Part shown: piece after piece, positions 8,883 to 18,451 of the stretch
How the letters are laid out: each line of letters opens with the position of its first letter
Position numbering within the stretch: the stretch's first letter is position 1
Origin: Anaerolineae bacterium CG2_30_64_16
GTDB lineage: Bacteria; Chloroflexota; Anaerolineae; CG2-30-64-16
Assembly: GCA_001871755.1 (NCBI GenBank)
Contig: MNXL01000383.1
Coordinates: 794 to 37,310 of the forward strand
Direction of reading: 5' to 3'
Length of the DNA: 36,517 nucleotides
Program-made: the position numbers and the translations under genes
The notes under the pieces: model-generated
What the model was told of the DNA's origin: nothing
What the model saw: only the letters and a program-made list of their open reading frames with translations
The model's database searches: none

Positions 8883-8902
8883 ATCTGCGCTAGGAGTCTG
8901 AC

Positions 8903-9886
8903 GTGCTCACCTATATTCTACGACGGCTTGTCTTGATGATCCCCACGGTCGTGATCATCTCCCTGGTATCGTTCGCCATCATCCAGTTGCCGCCGGGGGA
9001 TTATCTCACCACCCTGACGGCCGGCCTGGAAGCAGGCGAGCAGGTCTCCCAGGGGCAGCTCCACTACCTTACGGAGCGCTATGGTCTGGATAAACCGTTG
9101 CACGTCCAGTATTGGCGGTGGATGTCGGGCATCATCCTGAGAGGGGACTTCGGGCAGTCCTTTGAGTGGAACCGCCCCGTCAAGGACCTGATCTGGGAGC
9201 GCATCGGGTTGAGCTTCATGCTCTCCTTAAGCACTCTGCTTTTCGTGTGGGCCATTGCTTTCCCCATTGGGATTCTGGTTGCCGTGCGCCAATACTCGCT
9301 GTGGGATTACTTCTGGACTTTCATCGGCTTCATTGGGTTGGCCACACCCAACTTTATGCTGGCTCTCATTCTCATGTACGTTGCCTTTCGCTACTTCGGC
9401 CAAAGCGTGGGCGGGCTCTTCTCCCCCGACTTCGTGGATGTGCCCTGGAGCTGGGCGCGGGTGCTGGACATGCTCAAACACCTGTGGATCCCGATCATCG
9501 TGCTTGGGACCTCCCAGACGGCCTCGCTGATCCGGATCATGCGGGCCAATCTCCTGGACGAGCTACACAAACCGTATGTGACCACAGCCCGGGCCAAGGG
9601 CATGAGCGAGATCAGCCTTCTGGCCAAGTATCCGGTGCGGGTGGCTCTGAACCCCTTCGTGAGTACCGTCGGGTGGGTCTTGCCGCGGCTGGTCTCTGGA
9701 TCGGTCGTGACCGCGGTGGTGCTGAACCTCCCCATCTCAGGCCCCCTGATGCTGCGCGCCCTGAAGGCTCAGGATATGTATCTCGCGGGTAGCTTCATCC
9801 TCCTGCTCAGCACGCTCACAATCATCGGGACGCTGCTCTCTGACATCCTCCTGGCCTGGCTGGACCCGCGGATCCGCTATACTTGA
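8903..9886 (+). CDS. ABC transporter permease (DppB/OppB-like)
   Basis: GTG start with TAGGAG upstream. Typical N-terminus MLTYILRRLVLMIPTVVIISLVSFAIIQLPPGDY. Multi-pass membrane protein. Confidence 0.92.
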   Translation: MLTYILRRLVLMIPTVVIISLVSFAIIQLPPGDYLTTLTAGLEAGEQVSQGQLHYLTERYGLDKPLHVQYWRWMSGIILRGDFGQSFEWNRPVKDLIWERIGLSFMLSLSTLLFVWAIAFPIGILVAVRQYSLWDYFWTFIGFIGLATPNFMLALILMYVAFRYFGQSVGGLFSPDFVDVPWSWARVLDMLKHLWIPIIVLGTSQTASLIRIMRANLLDELHKPYVTTARAKGMSEISLLAKYPVRVALNPFVSTVGWVLPRLVSGSVVTAVVLNLPISGPLMLRALKAQDMYLAGSFILLLSTLTIIGTLLSDILLAWLDPRIRYT

Positions 9887-9902
9887 GGTAGAGGAATCAT
9901 CC

Positions 9903-11099
9903 ATGAGGACTCCATTGAATCATCTGGTCAACCAAAAAACGCGAGTCAGCAAAACGGCAGATCTCACGCCGCCAAAGCCCGGTACCCCTGGCGCCCCAGT
10001 CAGCGAACAGCGGGTGGAGATGGCCGGACAGTGGCAGTTGATGTGGTGGAAATTTCGCAAGCATAAGCTGGCCATGATCGGCAGCGCAGTGACCCTGCTG
10101 ATTTACCTGGTTGCGCTCTTCGTCGAGTTCCTAGCGCCTTTCCCCAGGGGCGTCTACGAGGCCCGGTACACCTACGCGCCGCCTCAGGCGCTGCATCTGT
10201 TCGAGCGAACGGAACAGGGGGTGCGCTTCCGGCCATTTGTGTACGGTTACAAGGTCACGATTGACGAGGTGGCAATCCGGCGTGTCTTTGAAATCGACAC
10301 AAGCCAGAAGCACTATGTCGGGCTCCTCGTCAGAGGCGCCCCCTATAAGCTCATAGGGCTCTTTCCTTCTGACCGCCATCTCTTCGGCCCGCTGGAGCAG
10401 GAAGCTCCCATGTACCTGCTGGGTGCAGACCGACTGGGCCGCGACATGCTTAGCCGCATCATCTATGGCACGCGCATTTCGATGTCGATCGGCCTGGTCG
10501 GCGTGGTGTTGAGCCTGTTCCTGGGCATCTTGCTGGGTGGCCTTTCCGGTTATTACGGCGGCGCAGTGGACCTGCTGATTCAGCGTGTGATCGAGTTTCT
10601 ACGCGGCATTCCCACCATCCCCTTGTGGATGGGGCTGGCCGCGGCGATTCCGCTGGACTGGCCTCCGCTGCGGGTGTATTTCGGCATCACCCTCATCCTC
10701 TCCCTAATCGGCTGGACCGGCTTGGCAAGAGAGGTGCGGAGCAGGTTCCTCTCCATGCGCACCGAGGACTTCGTGATCGCCGCGCGGCTGGATGGCTCCA
10801 GCGAGGTGCGCACCATCATGCGCTACATGGTGCCCTCGTTCCTGAGCCATATCATCGCCGCCATCACGCTGGCCATACCCCAAATGATCCTCAGTGAAAC
10901 CTCCTTGAGCTTTCTGGGCATCGGGCTTCGACCTCCGGTGGTCAGTTGGGGGGTGCTGCTCAACGAAGCGCAGAACATCCGCTCCGTGGCCACAGCGCCT
11001 TGGCTGCTGCTGCCTGGCGTGCCTATCATCGCGGCCGTGCTGTCTCTGAATTTCCTCGGCGACGGCCTGCGGGACGCAGCCGATCCGTACGGTCGCTAA
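9903..11099 (+). CDS. ABC transporter permease (DppC/OppC-like)
   Basis: GADRLGRDMLSRIIYGTRISMSIGLVGVVLS and ARLDGSSEVRTIMRYMVPS motifs typical of the OppC family. Starts 16 nt after the preceding gene. Confidence 0.92.
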   Translation: MRTPLNHLVNQKTRVSKTADLTPPKPGTPGAPVSEQRVEMAGQWQLMWWKFRKHKLAMIGSAVTLLIYLVALFVEFLAPFPRGVYEARYTYAPPQALHLFERTEQGVRFRPFVYGYKVTIDEVAIRRVFEIDTSQKHYVGLLVRGAPYKLIGLFPSDRHLFGPLEQEAPMYLLGADRLGRDMLSRIIYGTRISMSIGLVGVVLSLFLGILLGGLSGYYGGAVDLLIQRVIEFLRGIPTIPLWMGLAAAIPLDWPPLRVYFGITLILSLIGWTGLAREVRSRFLSMRTEDFVIAARLDGSSEVRTIMRYMVPSFLSHIIAAITLAIPQMILSETSLSFLGIGLRPPVVSWGVLLNEAQNIRSVATAPWLLLPGVPIIAAVLSLNFLGDGLRDAADPYGR

Positions 11100-11113
11100 G
11101 GAGAGGATGCCGC

Positions 11114-12142
11114 ATGAACACACAAGGCCCATTGCTGGAAGTCCAGGACCTGCAAACCCACTTTTCTACCGACGAAGGGGTGGTCAAGGCCGTGGATGGC
11201 GTTGACTTCACCATCCGCCAGGGTGAAACCTTTTGCCTGGTGGGAGAATCCGGCTGCGGTAAATCGGTGACCGCTTTCTCGATTCTGCAGATCGTACAGG
11301 ACCCTGGCCGAATCGTCCGCGGCAGCATCCATCTGCGGCAAGACGACGGCCAGACCCTCGATCTGGCCGCCATGGATCCCAAAGGGAGGGCGCTGCGTCG
11401 GATCCGAGGTCGCGACATCGCCATGATCTTCCAGGAGCCGATGACGTCGTTGAGCCCGGTTCACACCGTCGGAGACCAAATCTCCGAGACCCTCAGGCTC
11501 CATGCCCCGATCGACAAGCTCCAGGCTCGGGAGCAGACGATGGCCATTCTGACGCGGGTGGGCATTCCCAGGCCAGAGCGACACTTCCACGCCTACCCCT
11601 TTCAGCTCTCGGGAGGGATGCGCCAGCGAGTCATGATCGCCATGGCCCTGATCTGCCGACCAAGCCTGCTGATCGCTGATGAGCCGACCACCGCGCTGGA
11701 CGTGACCATGCAGGCCGTCATCCTGGATTTGATCAAGGAGCTGCAGGGGGAGATGGGGATGTCGGTCATGCTCATCACCCACAACCTGGGCGTGGTCGCA
11801 GAGGTCGCCGACACGGTGGCGGTGATGTATCTGGGCCGGATCGTGGAAAGCGCAGACGTGTATTCGCTCTTCCGCGAACCCAAGCATCCTTACACCACAG
11901 CGCTCCTGCGCTCGATCCCTGTGATCGGGCTGACCAAACAGGAGCGGCTGGCAACGATCCGAGGGATGGTGCCGCATCCCTTCAACCGTCCCCATGGTTG
12001 TACTTTCCACCCCCGCTGCGACCATTTTATGCCAGGAGTCTGCAACCGGTCACTCCCGCCGATCACCCATCTCGAGGGCGGACGCACCGTGCGCTGTTTC
12101 CTGTATGGTGGCGCCGACACCCGGGAAAGAGAAGAGAGATGA
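11114..12142 (+). CDS. ABC transporter ATP-binding protein (DppD/OppD-like)
   Basis: Start trimmed to the ATG at 11114 ([17 protein letters not shown]). Walker A GESGCGKS, signature LSGGMRQR, Walker [13 protein letters not shown], and the Opp C-terminal motif [12 protein letters not shown]. Confidence 0.92.
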   Translation: MNTQGPLLEVQDLQTHFSTDEGVVKAVDGVDFTIRQGETFCLVGESGCGKSVTAFSILQIVQDPGRIVRGSIHLRQDDGQTLDLAAMDPKGRALRRIRGRDIAMIFQEPMTSLSPVHTVGDQISETLRLHAPIDKLQAREQTMAILTRVGIPRPERHFHAYPFQLSGGMRQRVMIAMALICRPSLLIADEPTTALDVTMQAVILDLIKELQGEMGMSVMLITHNLGVVAEVADTVAVMYLGRIVESADVYSLFREPKHPYTTALLRSIPVIGLTKQERLATIRGMVPHPFNRPHGCTFHPRCDHFMPGVCNRSLPPITHLEGGRTVRCFLYGGADTREREER

Positions 12143-13206
12143 GCGGCATGAAAGAGACTGCCATCTCCGAAAAACCGATGGATACCGGCCAGCCGCTGCT
12201 GGAAATCAAGAACCTGAAGATGCACTTCCCGATTCAGAAGGGGGTGTTCCGCCGCATCACGGACTATGTGCGGGCTGTGGACGGAGCAAGCCTGGCCGTC
12301 AAGAGGGGCGAGACCTTTGGCCTAGTTGGCGAGTCTGGCTGCGGCAAAACGACGCTGGGCCGCTGTATCATGCGGGTCTATCGCCCCACTGCCGGACAGA
12401 TTTTGTACCACGAAGACGGCAGAACCGTGGATCTGTGCGCCTTGAACAACGAGGAGCTGAAGCCGTATCGCCGCAAGATCCGCATGATCTTCCAGGATCC
12501 GCACGGGTCGCTCAACCCTCGCATGACGGTGCTGGATATCGTGGGGGACGCCCTTCGGGTGCACGGCATCGCCTCGGGCACGGAATTGGAAGATCGCGTT
12601 TCGGATTTGTTGCGTCGGGTCGGATTACGGTCCGAGTACCTGCGCCGCTATCCGCATGCGCTCAGCGGCGGCGAGCGCCAACGAATCGGCATCGCCCGGG
12701 CCCTGGTTCTCGAGCCGGCGCTGGTCGTCTGCGATGAGCCAGTCTCGGCGCTGGACGTCTCCGTTCAGGCGCAGACTCTGAACCTGTTGCAGGATCTGCA
12801 GGCCGAGTTCGGTCTCACCTACCTGTTTGTCGCGCACGACCTGAGCGTGGTCGAGCACCTGAGCGACCGAACGGCCGTCATGTACGTGGGCAAGCTGGTT
12901 GAGTTCGCGGATACTAAGGCCCTGTATGTCAACCCGAGACATCCCTATACGGAAGCGTTGCTGTCGGCCGTTCCCATCGCCGATCCCCGCATGCGCGAAC
13001 GGGGCGGTCGGATCCGGCTCGAAGGAGACGTGGCCGACCCGGCGCATCCACCCACGGGCTGTTACTTCCATCCCCGCTGCCGCTATGCACGGCAGCGCTG
13101 TCTCGAGGAGGAACCCATCCTCAGAGACCTGGGCGGCGACCACGGGGTGGCCTGCCACTTTTCTGAGGAGATCGAGCTCCGCGGCGCCGTGATGGTGAAC
13201 GGCTGA
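12139..13206 (+). CDS. ABC transporter ATP-binding protein (DppF/OppF-like)
   Basis: ATGA overlap with the upstream stop. Walker [10 protein letters not shown], signature LSGGERQR, Walker [25 protein letters not shown]. Confidence 0.92.
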   Translation: MSGMKETAISEKPMDTGQPLLEIKNLKMHFPIQKGVFRRITDYVRAVDGASLAVKRGETFGLVGESGCGKTTLGRCIMRVYRPTAGQILYHEDGRTVDLCALNNEELKPYRRKIRMIFQDPHGSLNPRMTVLDIVGDALRVHGIASGTELEDRVSDLLRRVGLRSEYLRRYPHALSGGERQRIGIARALVLEPALVVCDEPVSALDVSVQAQTLNLLQDLQAEFGLTYLFVAHDLSVVEHLSDRTAVMYVGKLVEFADTKALYVNPRHPYTEALLSAVPIADPRMRERGGRIRLEGDVADPAHPPTGCYFHPRCRYARQRCLEEEPILRDLGGDHGVACHFSEEIELRGAVMVNG

Positions 13207-13252
13207 ATGGCCGAGCGCGCATCTGGCCTGGCTTTGGAAAGGAGACCGATTC

Positions 13253-14401
13253 GTGTCTGACCTGTTGACCCACTGGGCGGTGATGGATGACTGCCGGCGC
13301 CTGATGCCCTTTGTGGCGGGCATCGCGCCTGAGTTCGGCGAATCCCTAAACCGCCATCATTACCTCGCGCGGCTGGGCTCGAACACCCGGACGGAAGGCC
13401 ACTGGATCCCACCCATCCTGCGTTGGACCCGGCAGCACTGGGATGACCCCGCCATGCATCCTGAGGCGGAGATCAAGCTTGCGTTCTGCGTGGCTGGCCT
13501 GGCCCACACAGCCTGCGATGTCGAGATGAAGCAACTGCGCATCAAGACCGTCCTGGCCGAAGAGAACAGCCCCGATCCCACGCCGGACGACGTCGAGCGC
13601 CTGGTGTATGCGTATCACGACACCCACGTATTCCGTAAGGTGTACCGCGATGGCGCAGAGGAACCCTTCAATACCTTCATGATGGCCGACATCCAGACCG
13701 GCGCCGGCCAGAAGCTCGAGAAGATGGCCAAGGCCCTGTTCCAGCTTGCCATGATGGGCACGCGCACCATGGTGCAGGACGAGAGGGAGCTGGACCGGGA
13801 CTTCCTCGAGGGCTTTGTGCAGGACACAGCCCGTCGCGCGCTGGCAAGCCCGGATGCCGTGCGCCGGATCATCGGATCGCGGGGGCTGTGTCGTCAGAGT
13901 ATCTACGACTGGCTCCGGGAGCACCGCCAGCGCGGGGGAGATGGCCCCGACTGGGACACGATCAAAGCCATGGTGATGCCGGACATGACCGATGCCAAGA
14001 CGCGGCTGGACAATCTGCTGCTCAACGAATTGCGCCTGTATGTGGATCACCAGCGGCTCGTGCGCGTGTATCACCAACCCGATCCAGCCAAGATGGCGCT
14101 CTATGGCATCGAGACCGAATTCTACGATGCTGACGACCCGGCCATCCGGGCGGCCAGGGCCGTTCAAGATGGCGAAGCGCCTCCGGTCGACGAGATCCGG
14201 GCAGCCGTGCAGCCAGGAGCCAATCGCAGCTACTATGGCCGTGCGCTGGAGACGGCCATGGAATATCAGCGCCAGGGAACCGTCTACTGGCTCGGCAAAT
14301 CGCAGACCATCGAAACACCCAACCTGGGCGAAGGCAAAGCGTTGCAATTCCGTCACCGCCACGACACCGAAGCGGATCGCCTTGTCGAGACGAGGTTTTG
14401 A
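13253..14401 (+). CDS. Hypothetical protein (382 aa). His/Asp motifs faintly reminiscent of zinc-dependent phospholipase-C-like proteins; paralog of the next gene.
   Basis: GTG start with AAGGAG 8 nt upstream. Coding-like composition. Motifs LTHWAVMDD, HHYLARLG, AFCVAGLAHTACD. No family recognised with confidence. Confidence 0.7.
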   Translation: MSDLLTHWAVMDDCRRLMPFVAGIAPEFGESLNRHHYLARLGSNTRTEGHWIPPILRWTRQHWDDPAMHPEAEIKLAFCVAGLAHTACDVEMKQLRIKTVLAEENSPDPTPDDVERLVYAYHDTHVFRKVYRDGAEEPFNTFMMADIQTGAGQKLEKMAKALFQLAMMGTRTMVQDERELDRDFLEGFVQDTARRALASPDAVRRIIGSRGLCRQSIYDWLREHRQRGGDGPDWDTIKAMVMPDMTDAKTRLDNLLLNELRLYVDHQRLVRVYHQPDPAKMALYGIETEFYDADDPAIRAARAVQDGEAPPVDEIRAAVQPGANRSYYGRALETAMEYQRQGTVYWLGKSQTIETPNLGEGKALQFRHRHDTEADRLVETRF

Positions 14402-14410
14402 GGAGAGATT

Positions 14411-15265
14411 ATGCCCCCTGATGTTACGCTGATGAGCCTGTGCAGCGATGTGCGCCTGCTGGTCAAGATCGTCCCCGGCGTTGACCTCATTTTCGTCCAG
14501 ACCCTGGACGAAAATGAGAATGAAGCGCTGCTGGGTTCGGTCGCACCGGTCGATGAGGAGATGATCCATGTTGGCCTCTTGGAACTCCGGGCCGCGTGGG
14601 AAGAACCGGACCGCTTCCCACCCCACCGGCGCAGCTACCCCGGCATCCTCGAACGGGATCGCCGGTTGGCCTTCTGTCTGGGCGGGCTGGTGCAACTGGC
14701 CAGCGGCCTGGCCACCGACCGGTCCGAGCCAGCATCCTTTCAGCAGGATGCCATCGTCCTGACGAAGGCTATCCTCGCCGACGAGCAGGACGAGTTCGAA
14801 ACGTTCCTGTGGGAAAACCACGGGGGAAAGGATGGTTTGCAGGAAGCGTTCGCCGACTTCGTCCTGGCGCTCTTCCTACGTTCCATGGCCGAGGCGCACA
14901 CCATGATCCCGGACATGGTTCACATCCTCGGCTGGATGGATAGTCTCATCTACGGCGCCCCGCAACTGGAGCGGCAGATCGCCGGCTTTGCTCAGGCCGT
15001 CTATCCCAACGGCGCAGCGGGCATCCGCCAGCAACACGGTTCGGATCTGGCCGGGTTTTACGTTGCCGCGGATCCGGCGATCCGGGCGGCTGAGGCTGCC
15101 CGCAAGAACCGAGCGCCGAATCTGGATCGCGCGACCTTCGATGCAACCGGCAATCGCAGCGTCTACGGCAAAGCCCTGTGTCGATGCGTGGCTGCCGTCG
15201 TTCGGGTCAGTCAGGCCTGGCGGGAGGGGACGCTAACAGGCAGGATCTCCGAGGTATGGCAATGA
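14411..15265 (+). CDS. Hypothetical protein (284 aa); shorter, motif-degenerate paralog of 13253-14401
   Basis: GAGGAG Shine-Dalgarno, 9 nt after the upstream stop. Alignable blocks: RLAFCLGGLVQLASG vs KLAFCVAGLAHTACD, and FYVAADPAIRAAEAA...GNRSVYGKAL vs FYDADDPAIRAARAV...ANRSYYGRAL. Confidence 0.65.
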   Translation: MPPDVTLMSLCSDVRLLVKIVPGVDLIFVQTLDENENEALLGSVAPVDEEMIHVGLLELRAAWEEPDRFPPHRRSYPGILERDRRLAFCLGGLVQLASGLATDRSEPASFQQDAIVLTKAILADEQDEFETFLWENHGGKDGLQEAFADFVLALFLRSMAEAHTMIPDMVHILGWMDSLIYGAPQLERQIAGFAQAVYPNGAAGIRQQHGSDLAGFYVAADPAIRAAEAARKNRAPNLDRATFDATGNRSVYGKALCRCVAAVVRVSQAWREGTLTGRISEVWQ

Positions 15266-16338
15266 GCACAAACGACAAACGCGACCTGACCCTGATCCTG
15301 GTCGGCGAGACCAATATCCAGGGCCGCGAGGACCCGGCGGAAGCGTTCAAGCACGTCCTGCCCATCCTCAAGTCGGCCGATGTCCTGTTTGGACACCTGG
15401 AAGCGCCGTTGACCCCGCCTTCGGAGGACCCCACCTGTCCGGACATTCCCCACAAGGAAGAATGGCGACACTCCGGACCGCACACAGTCAAGGCCTTCTC
15501 CGAGGCCGGATATGCCGCGGTCAGCCTGGCCAGCAACGTGATGTACGGCCGGCGCGCCATCCTGGACACCGTTGACACGCTGGATCAGGCTGGGATCAAG
15601 CATTGCGGCGCGGGAGGCAACATCGAGGAAGCGCGGCGGCCAGCCGTGGTCTCCTGCCAGGGCGTGCGGTTTGGGTTCCTGAGCTACACCTCGGTCTTCT
15701 GGCCGGTGGGACACGCTGCCGGGCCGGCCTCACCTGGGGTCGCCACAATGAAGACTCACACCGCCTATCAACCGGGACGCAGGGCACTGGAGATGCCGGG
15801 CGCGGCACCCATCGTCGTCACCTGGCCCGACCCGCAGGCGTTGACCGCGTTGCAGACGGACATCCAAACCCTGAGGGGACAGGTCGACATCGTGGTGGTC
15901 TCGATTCATTGGGGGCTCTCCAGCAGCAACCAGGTCGTGGACTACCAGCGCGAGGTCGGTCGGGCAGCCATCCGGGCCGGGGCCAACCTGGTCATGGGCC
16001 ATCACCCCCACCGCATTCAGGGAATCGAGATCATTGACGGACACCCCATCTGCTACAGCATGGGCAACTTCGCGTTCGACTGGCACAAGATGCACGATCG
16101 CAACCTGGAAGGGATCGTGATCAAATGCCGCGTGCGCGATCGCACCCTGGACCGGATCACGTTCGTGCCCATGCGCCGCAACCAGGACAACCTGGTGGAG
16201 CCACTCTCACCGTCTTGCGGTCCCGGAAGCGAGATTGTTGCGCAAATACGAGAGTTGTCCGCGGTGTACGGCACCGGATTCACAGTGGTGGCTGACGATG
16301 GCGTGGTCATCGTGAGACCCCAGGAGGAAGAAAGATGA
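15262..16338 (+). CDS. CapA/PGA_cap-family metallophosphoesterase-like protein
   Basis: SIHWGLSSSNQVVDYQREVGRAAIRAGANLVMGHHPHRIQGIEIIDGHPICYSMGNFAFD is the CapA-family core. The ATG at 15262 makes an ATGA overlap with the upstream stop. An alternative in-frame ATG lies at 15256. Confidence 0.8.
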   Translation: MSTNDKRDLTLILVGETNIQGREDPAEAFKHVLPILKSADVLFGHLEAPLTPPSEDPTCPDIPHKEEWRHSGPHTVKAFSEAGYAAVSLASNVMYGRRAILDTVDTLDQAGIKHCGAGGNIEEARRPAVVSCQGVRFGFLSYTSVFWPVGHAAGPASPGVATMKTHTAYQPGRRALEMPGAAPIVVTWPDPQALTALQTDIQTLRGQVDIVVVSIHWGLSSSNQVVDYQREVGRAAIRAGANLVMGHHPHRIQGIEIIDGHPICYSMGNFAFDWHKMHDRNLEGIVIKCRVRDRTLDRITFVPMRRNQDNLVEPLSPSCGPGSEIVAQIRELSAVYGTGFTVVADDGVVIVRPQEEER

Positions 16339-17264
16339 CGCTGCCAATTCGCGCCTTTGGGAGGACCGATCTGCGACCAACAGCCTTGGGCTTCGGCGCC
16401 ATGGAGCTCAAGCGGCTGTCGGACGGGGAGTCTGAGCTGCTTCTGAACAGGGCGCTGGACGAGGACATCAACTACATTGACACGTCCCCCGACTACCCCA
16501 CCAGCGAGGAGCGGATCGGGCGTTTTCTGGCCGGGAGGCGAGACGAGTTCATCCTGGCCACCAAGTGTGGCTGCAATCCCCACCTGGACGAGCCGGGAAG
16601 CGGCCACAAGCACACCTTTGACGCGGCAACCCTGGAACGCAACATCGAGGAGAGCCTCAGGCTGCTGCGCACCGACCACATCGACGTGTGGCAGCTCCAT
16701 GGCGCGACCCCGGACAAGCTCATCGGCGGGCCCGCGGGGGAGGTCGTGCAAACCATGCAGAGGCTGAAGCGCCAGGGCAAGGTTCGCTACATTGGGGTCA
16801 GCCTACGCCACGGCCCCAAGACGGAATCGGGCTACCCGACAGCCTACGGGTATCACGGCATCCAGCAGTACATAACCTGGAGCGTCTTCGACATGATCCA
16901 GATCGTGTACGGCGGGATGGTACGCGCCAGCGAGGAGGCGATCCGGCGCGGCGCCGAGCATGGGCTGGGCATCGTCGTGCGCGGTGTGGTCCGCAATTAC
17001 CGGGATAGCTTTCCACAGCTCTTCCGCGACGCCGGGCTGGAGGACCTGTTGGAAGAAGGCGAAGATCGGCACTCGTTCCTGACTCGTTTCGCCCTCAGTC
17101 ACCCCTCGATCTCGACAATGATCATCGGTACCAGGGACCAGGAACACCTGGCAGCCAACGTCCGGACCGTGCTCAAGGGACCGCTCAGCCCGAAGGTCTA
17201 CGCGGAGGCGAAGCGACGCCTGGCCAGCATAGGGAGCGAACCCGGCGCCATTCCGACCTTTTGA
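16335..17264 (+). CDS. Aldo/keto reductase
   Basis: LGFGAMEL...INYIDTSPDYPTSEERIG...ILATKCG...HIDVWQLHG...YIGVS is the AKR pattern. ATGA overlap with the CapA-like gene. Confidence 0.9.
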   Translation: MTLPIRAFGRTDLRPTALGFGAMELKRLSDGESELLLNRALDEDINYIDTSPDYPTSEERIGRFLAGRRDEFILATKCGCNPHLDEPGSGHKHTFDAATLERNIEESLRLLRTDHIDVWQLHGATPDKLIGGPAGEVVQTMQRLKRQGKVRYIGVSLRHGPKTESGYPTAYGYHGIQQYITWSVFDMIQIVYGGMVRASEEAIRRGAEHGLGIVVRGVVRNYRDSFPQLFRDAGLEDLLEEGEDRHSFLTRFALSHPSISTMIIGTRDQEHLAANVRTVLKGPLSPKVYAEAKRRLASIGSEPGAIPTF

Positions 17265-17284
17265 GAGAGGGAGAACAACACAGC

Positions 17285-18358
17285 ATGAAGATCACAGACA
17301 TCCGGGTCTCCATCGTCGGTACTCAAGAGTTGGACAGACCACATTGGAACAGCATCATCCGCACCGAAAAGCACACCCGGGCTCGGGCGGAGATCTACAC
17401 CGATGAGGGCATCGTGGGCATGGCGCCGGCCAAAGCCGGCTCTCGCCGAGCCATTGAAGGCTCGATCCGCAGCAAGCTGCTGGGCAAGGATCCATTGCGT
17501 ACCGATGAGCTGTGGCAGCTCATTTACATGGGCGGCACCCGCAAACCGGTGGCCAAGGGGGGCTTTGTCGAGGCCATGAGCGCGGTGGATGTCGCCCTGT
17601 GGGACCTGAAAGGCAAGGCCCTGGGCCAGCCGGTGTGGCGTCTGGCCGGTGGCGCTCAGGACCATGTTTGGGCCTACGCGGCCGGCGGCTATTACGAGGA
17701 TGGCAAGGGCATTCCTGAGCTGTGCCAGGAGCTGGAGAGTTTCGTTGCCGCGGGCTTCCGAGCGGTCAAGATGAAAGTCGGGTGGCCCGGGATCACCCTC
17801 AAACAGGATGCCGAGCGGGTCAAGGCGGTTCGCAAGGCCATCGGCCCGGACATCGAGCTGATGATAGACGCCAACAACGCCTGGGATGCGACCACCGCCA
17901 TCCGCTTTGGCCGGATGGTCGAAGAGGTGGATCCCTACTGGTTCGAAGAACCTGTCCACCCGGACGATATCGAGGGGGCGGTCAGGGTGGCCGCGGCCCT
18001 GGACATGCCGGTGGCGAGCGGCGAGAACGAGTTCACCCGCTGGGGATTCCGGGACCTCATCGAGCGCGGCGGTGCGGAAATCGTGCAAGCCGACCCCAAC
18101 AAATGCGGTGGCATCAGCGAGTGGCTCAAGATCGCGGCCCTGGCCAGCGCCCATCACCTGCCCATGGCGCCCCACGGTAACGCGCCGGTCGGCTGCAGTT
18201 GCGTGGCCGCGGTGAGCAATGGGCTTATCACCGAAAGCTATCCCATGGCCCACCACAACCCCTTCATGGGACCGCTGGATTTCCGAGACGGCTATATCTA
18301 CTTGAGCGAGGAGCCCGGCCTGGGCATCCAGTGGAACGAGACGCAGATCGAGCAGTAG
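17285..18358 (+). CDS. Enolase-superfamily enzyme (mandelate racemase / muconate lactonizing family)
   Basis: MKITDIRV..., ALWDLKGKALGQPVWRLAGG, KxK motif AVKMKVG, and metal-ligand contexts IDANNAWD, WFEEP, ASGENE. Confidence 0.9.
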   Translation: MKITDIRVSIVGTQELDRPHWNSIIRTEKHTRARAEIYTDEGIVGMAPAKAGSRRAIEGSIRSKLLGKDPLRTDELWQLIYMGGTRKPVAKGGFVEAMSAVDVALWDLKGKALGQPVWRLAGGAQDHVWAYAAGGYYEDGKGIPELCQELESFVAAGFRAVKMKVGWPGITLKQDAERVKAVRKAIGPDIELMIDANNAWDATTAIRFGRMVEEVDPYWFEEPVHPDDIEGAVRVAAALDMPVASGENEFTRWGFRDLIERGGAEIVQADPNKCGGISEWLKIAALASAHHLPMAPHGNAPVGCSCVAAVSNGLITESYPMAHHNPFMGPLDFRDGYIYLSEEPGLGIQWNETQIEQ

Positions 18359-18416
18359 CGCCTGGGTTGCTGCATTGAGAACCGCGCACCTACCCCCCCA
18401 AGGAGGGGGAGCGTCG

Positions 18417-18449
18417 CCTTCCCCCTCTCCTACAAGGAGAGGGGGAAGG
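18417..18449 (+). promoter_or_regulatory. G/C-rich perfect hairpin abutting the GH28 start codon
   Basis: CCTTCCCCCTCTCC (18417-18430), loop TACAA, GGAGAGGGGGAAGG (18436-18449). The right arm contains the only Shine-Dalgarno-like purine run before the GTG at 18452. Confidence 0.5.
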
Positions 18450-18451
18450 GG

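Noticed and set aside
10946-11113. N-terminal extensions of the ATPase ORFs (10946-11113 and 11998-12138) and of the SBP ORF (6363-6458)
   Set aside because: The extensions overlap the preceding genes and translate to Arg/Pro-rich text. Internal ATGs with SD or ATGA coupling give canonical N-termini.
13346-14821. 491-aa minus-strand ORF opposite the two unknown paralogs
   Set aside because: It spans the 9-nt gap between two plus-strand ORFs that each have a good SD and are mutually homologous. The minus-frame translation is low-complexity. I kept the plus-strand calls, though neither strand has a family match, so this is the least certain shadow rejection.
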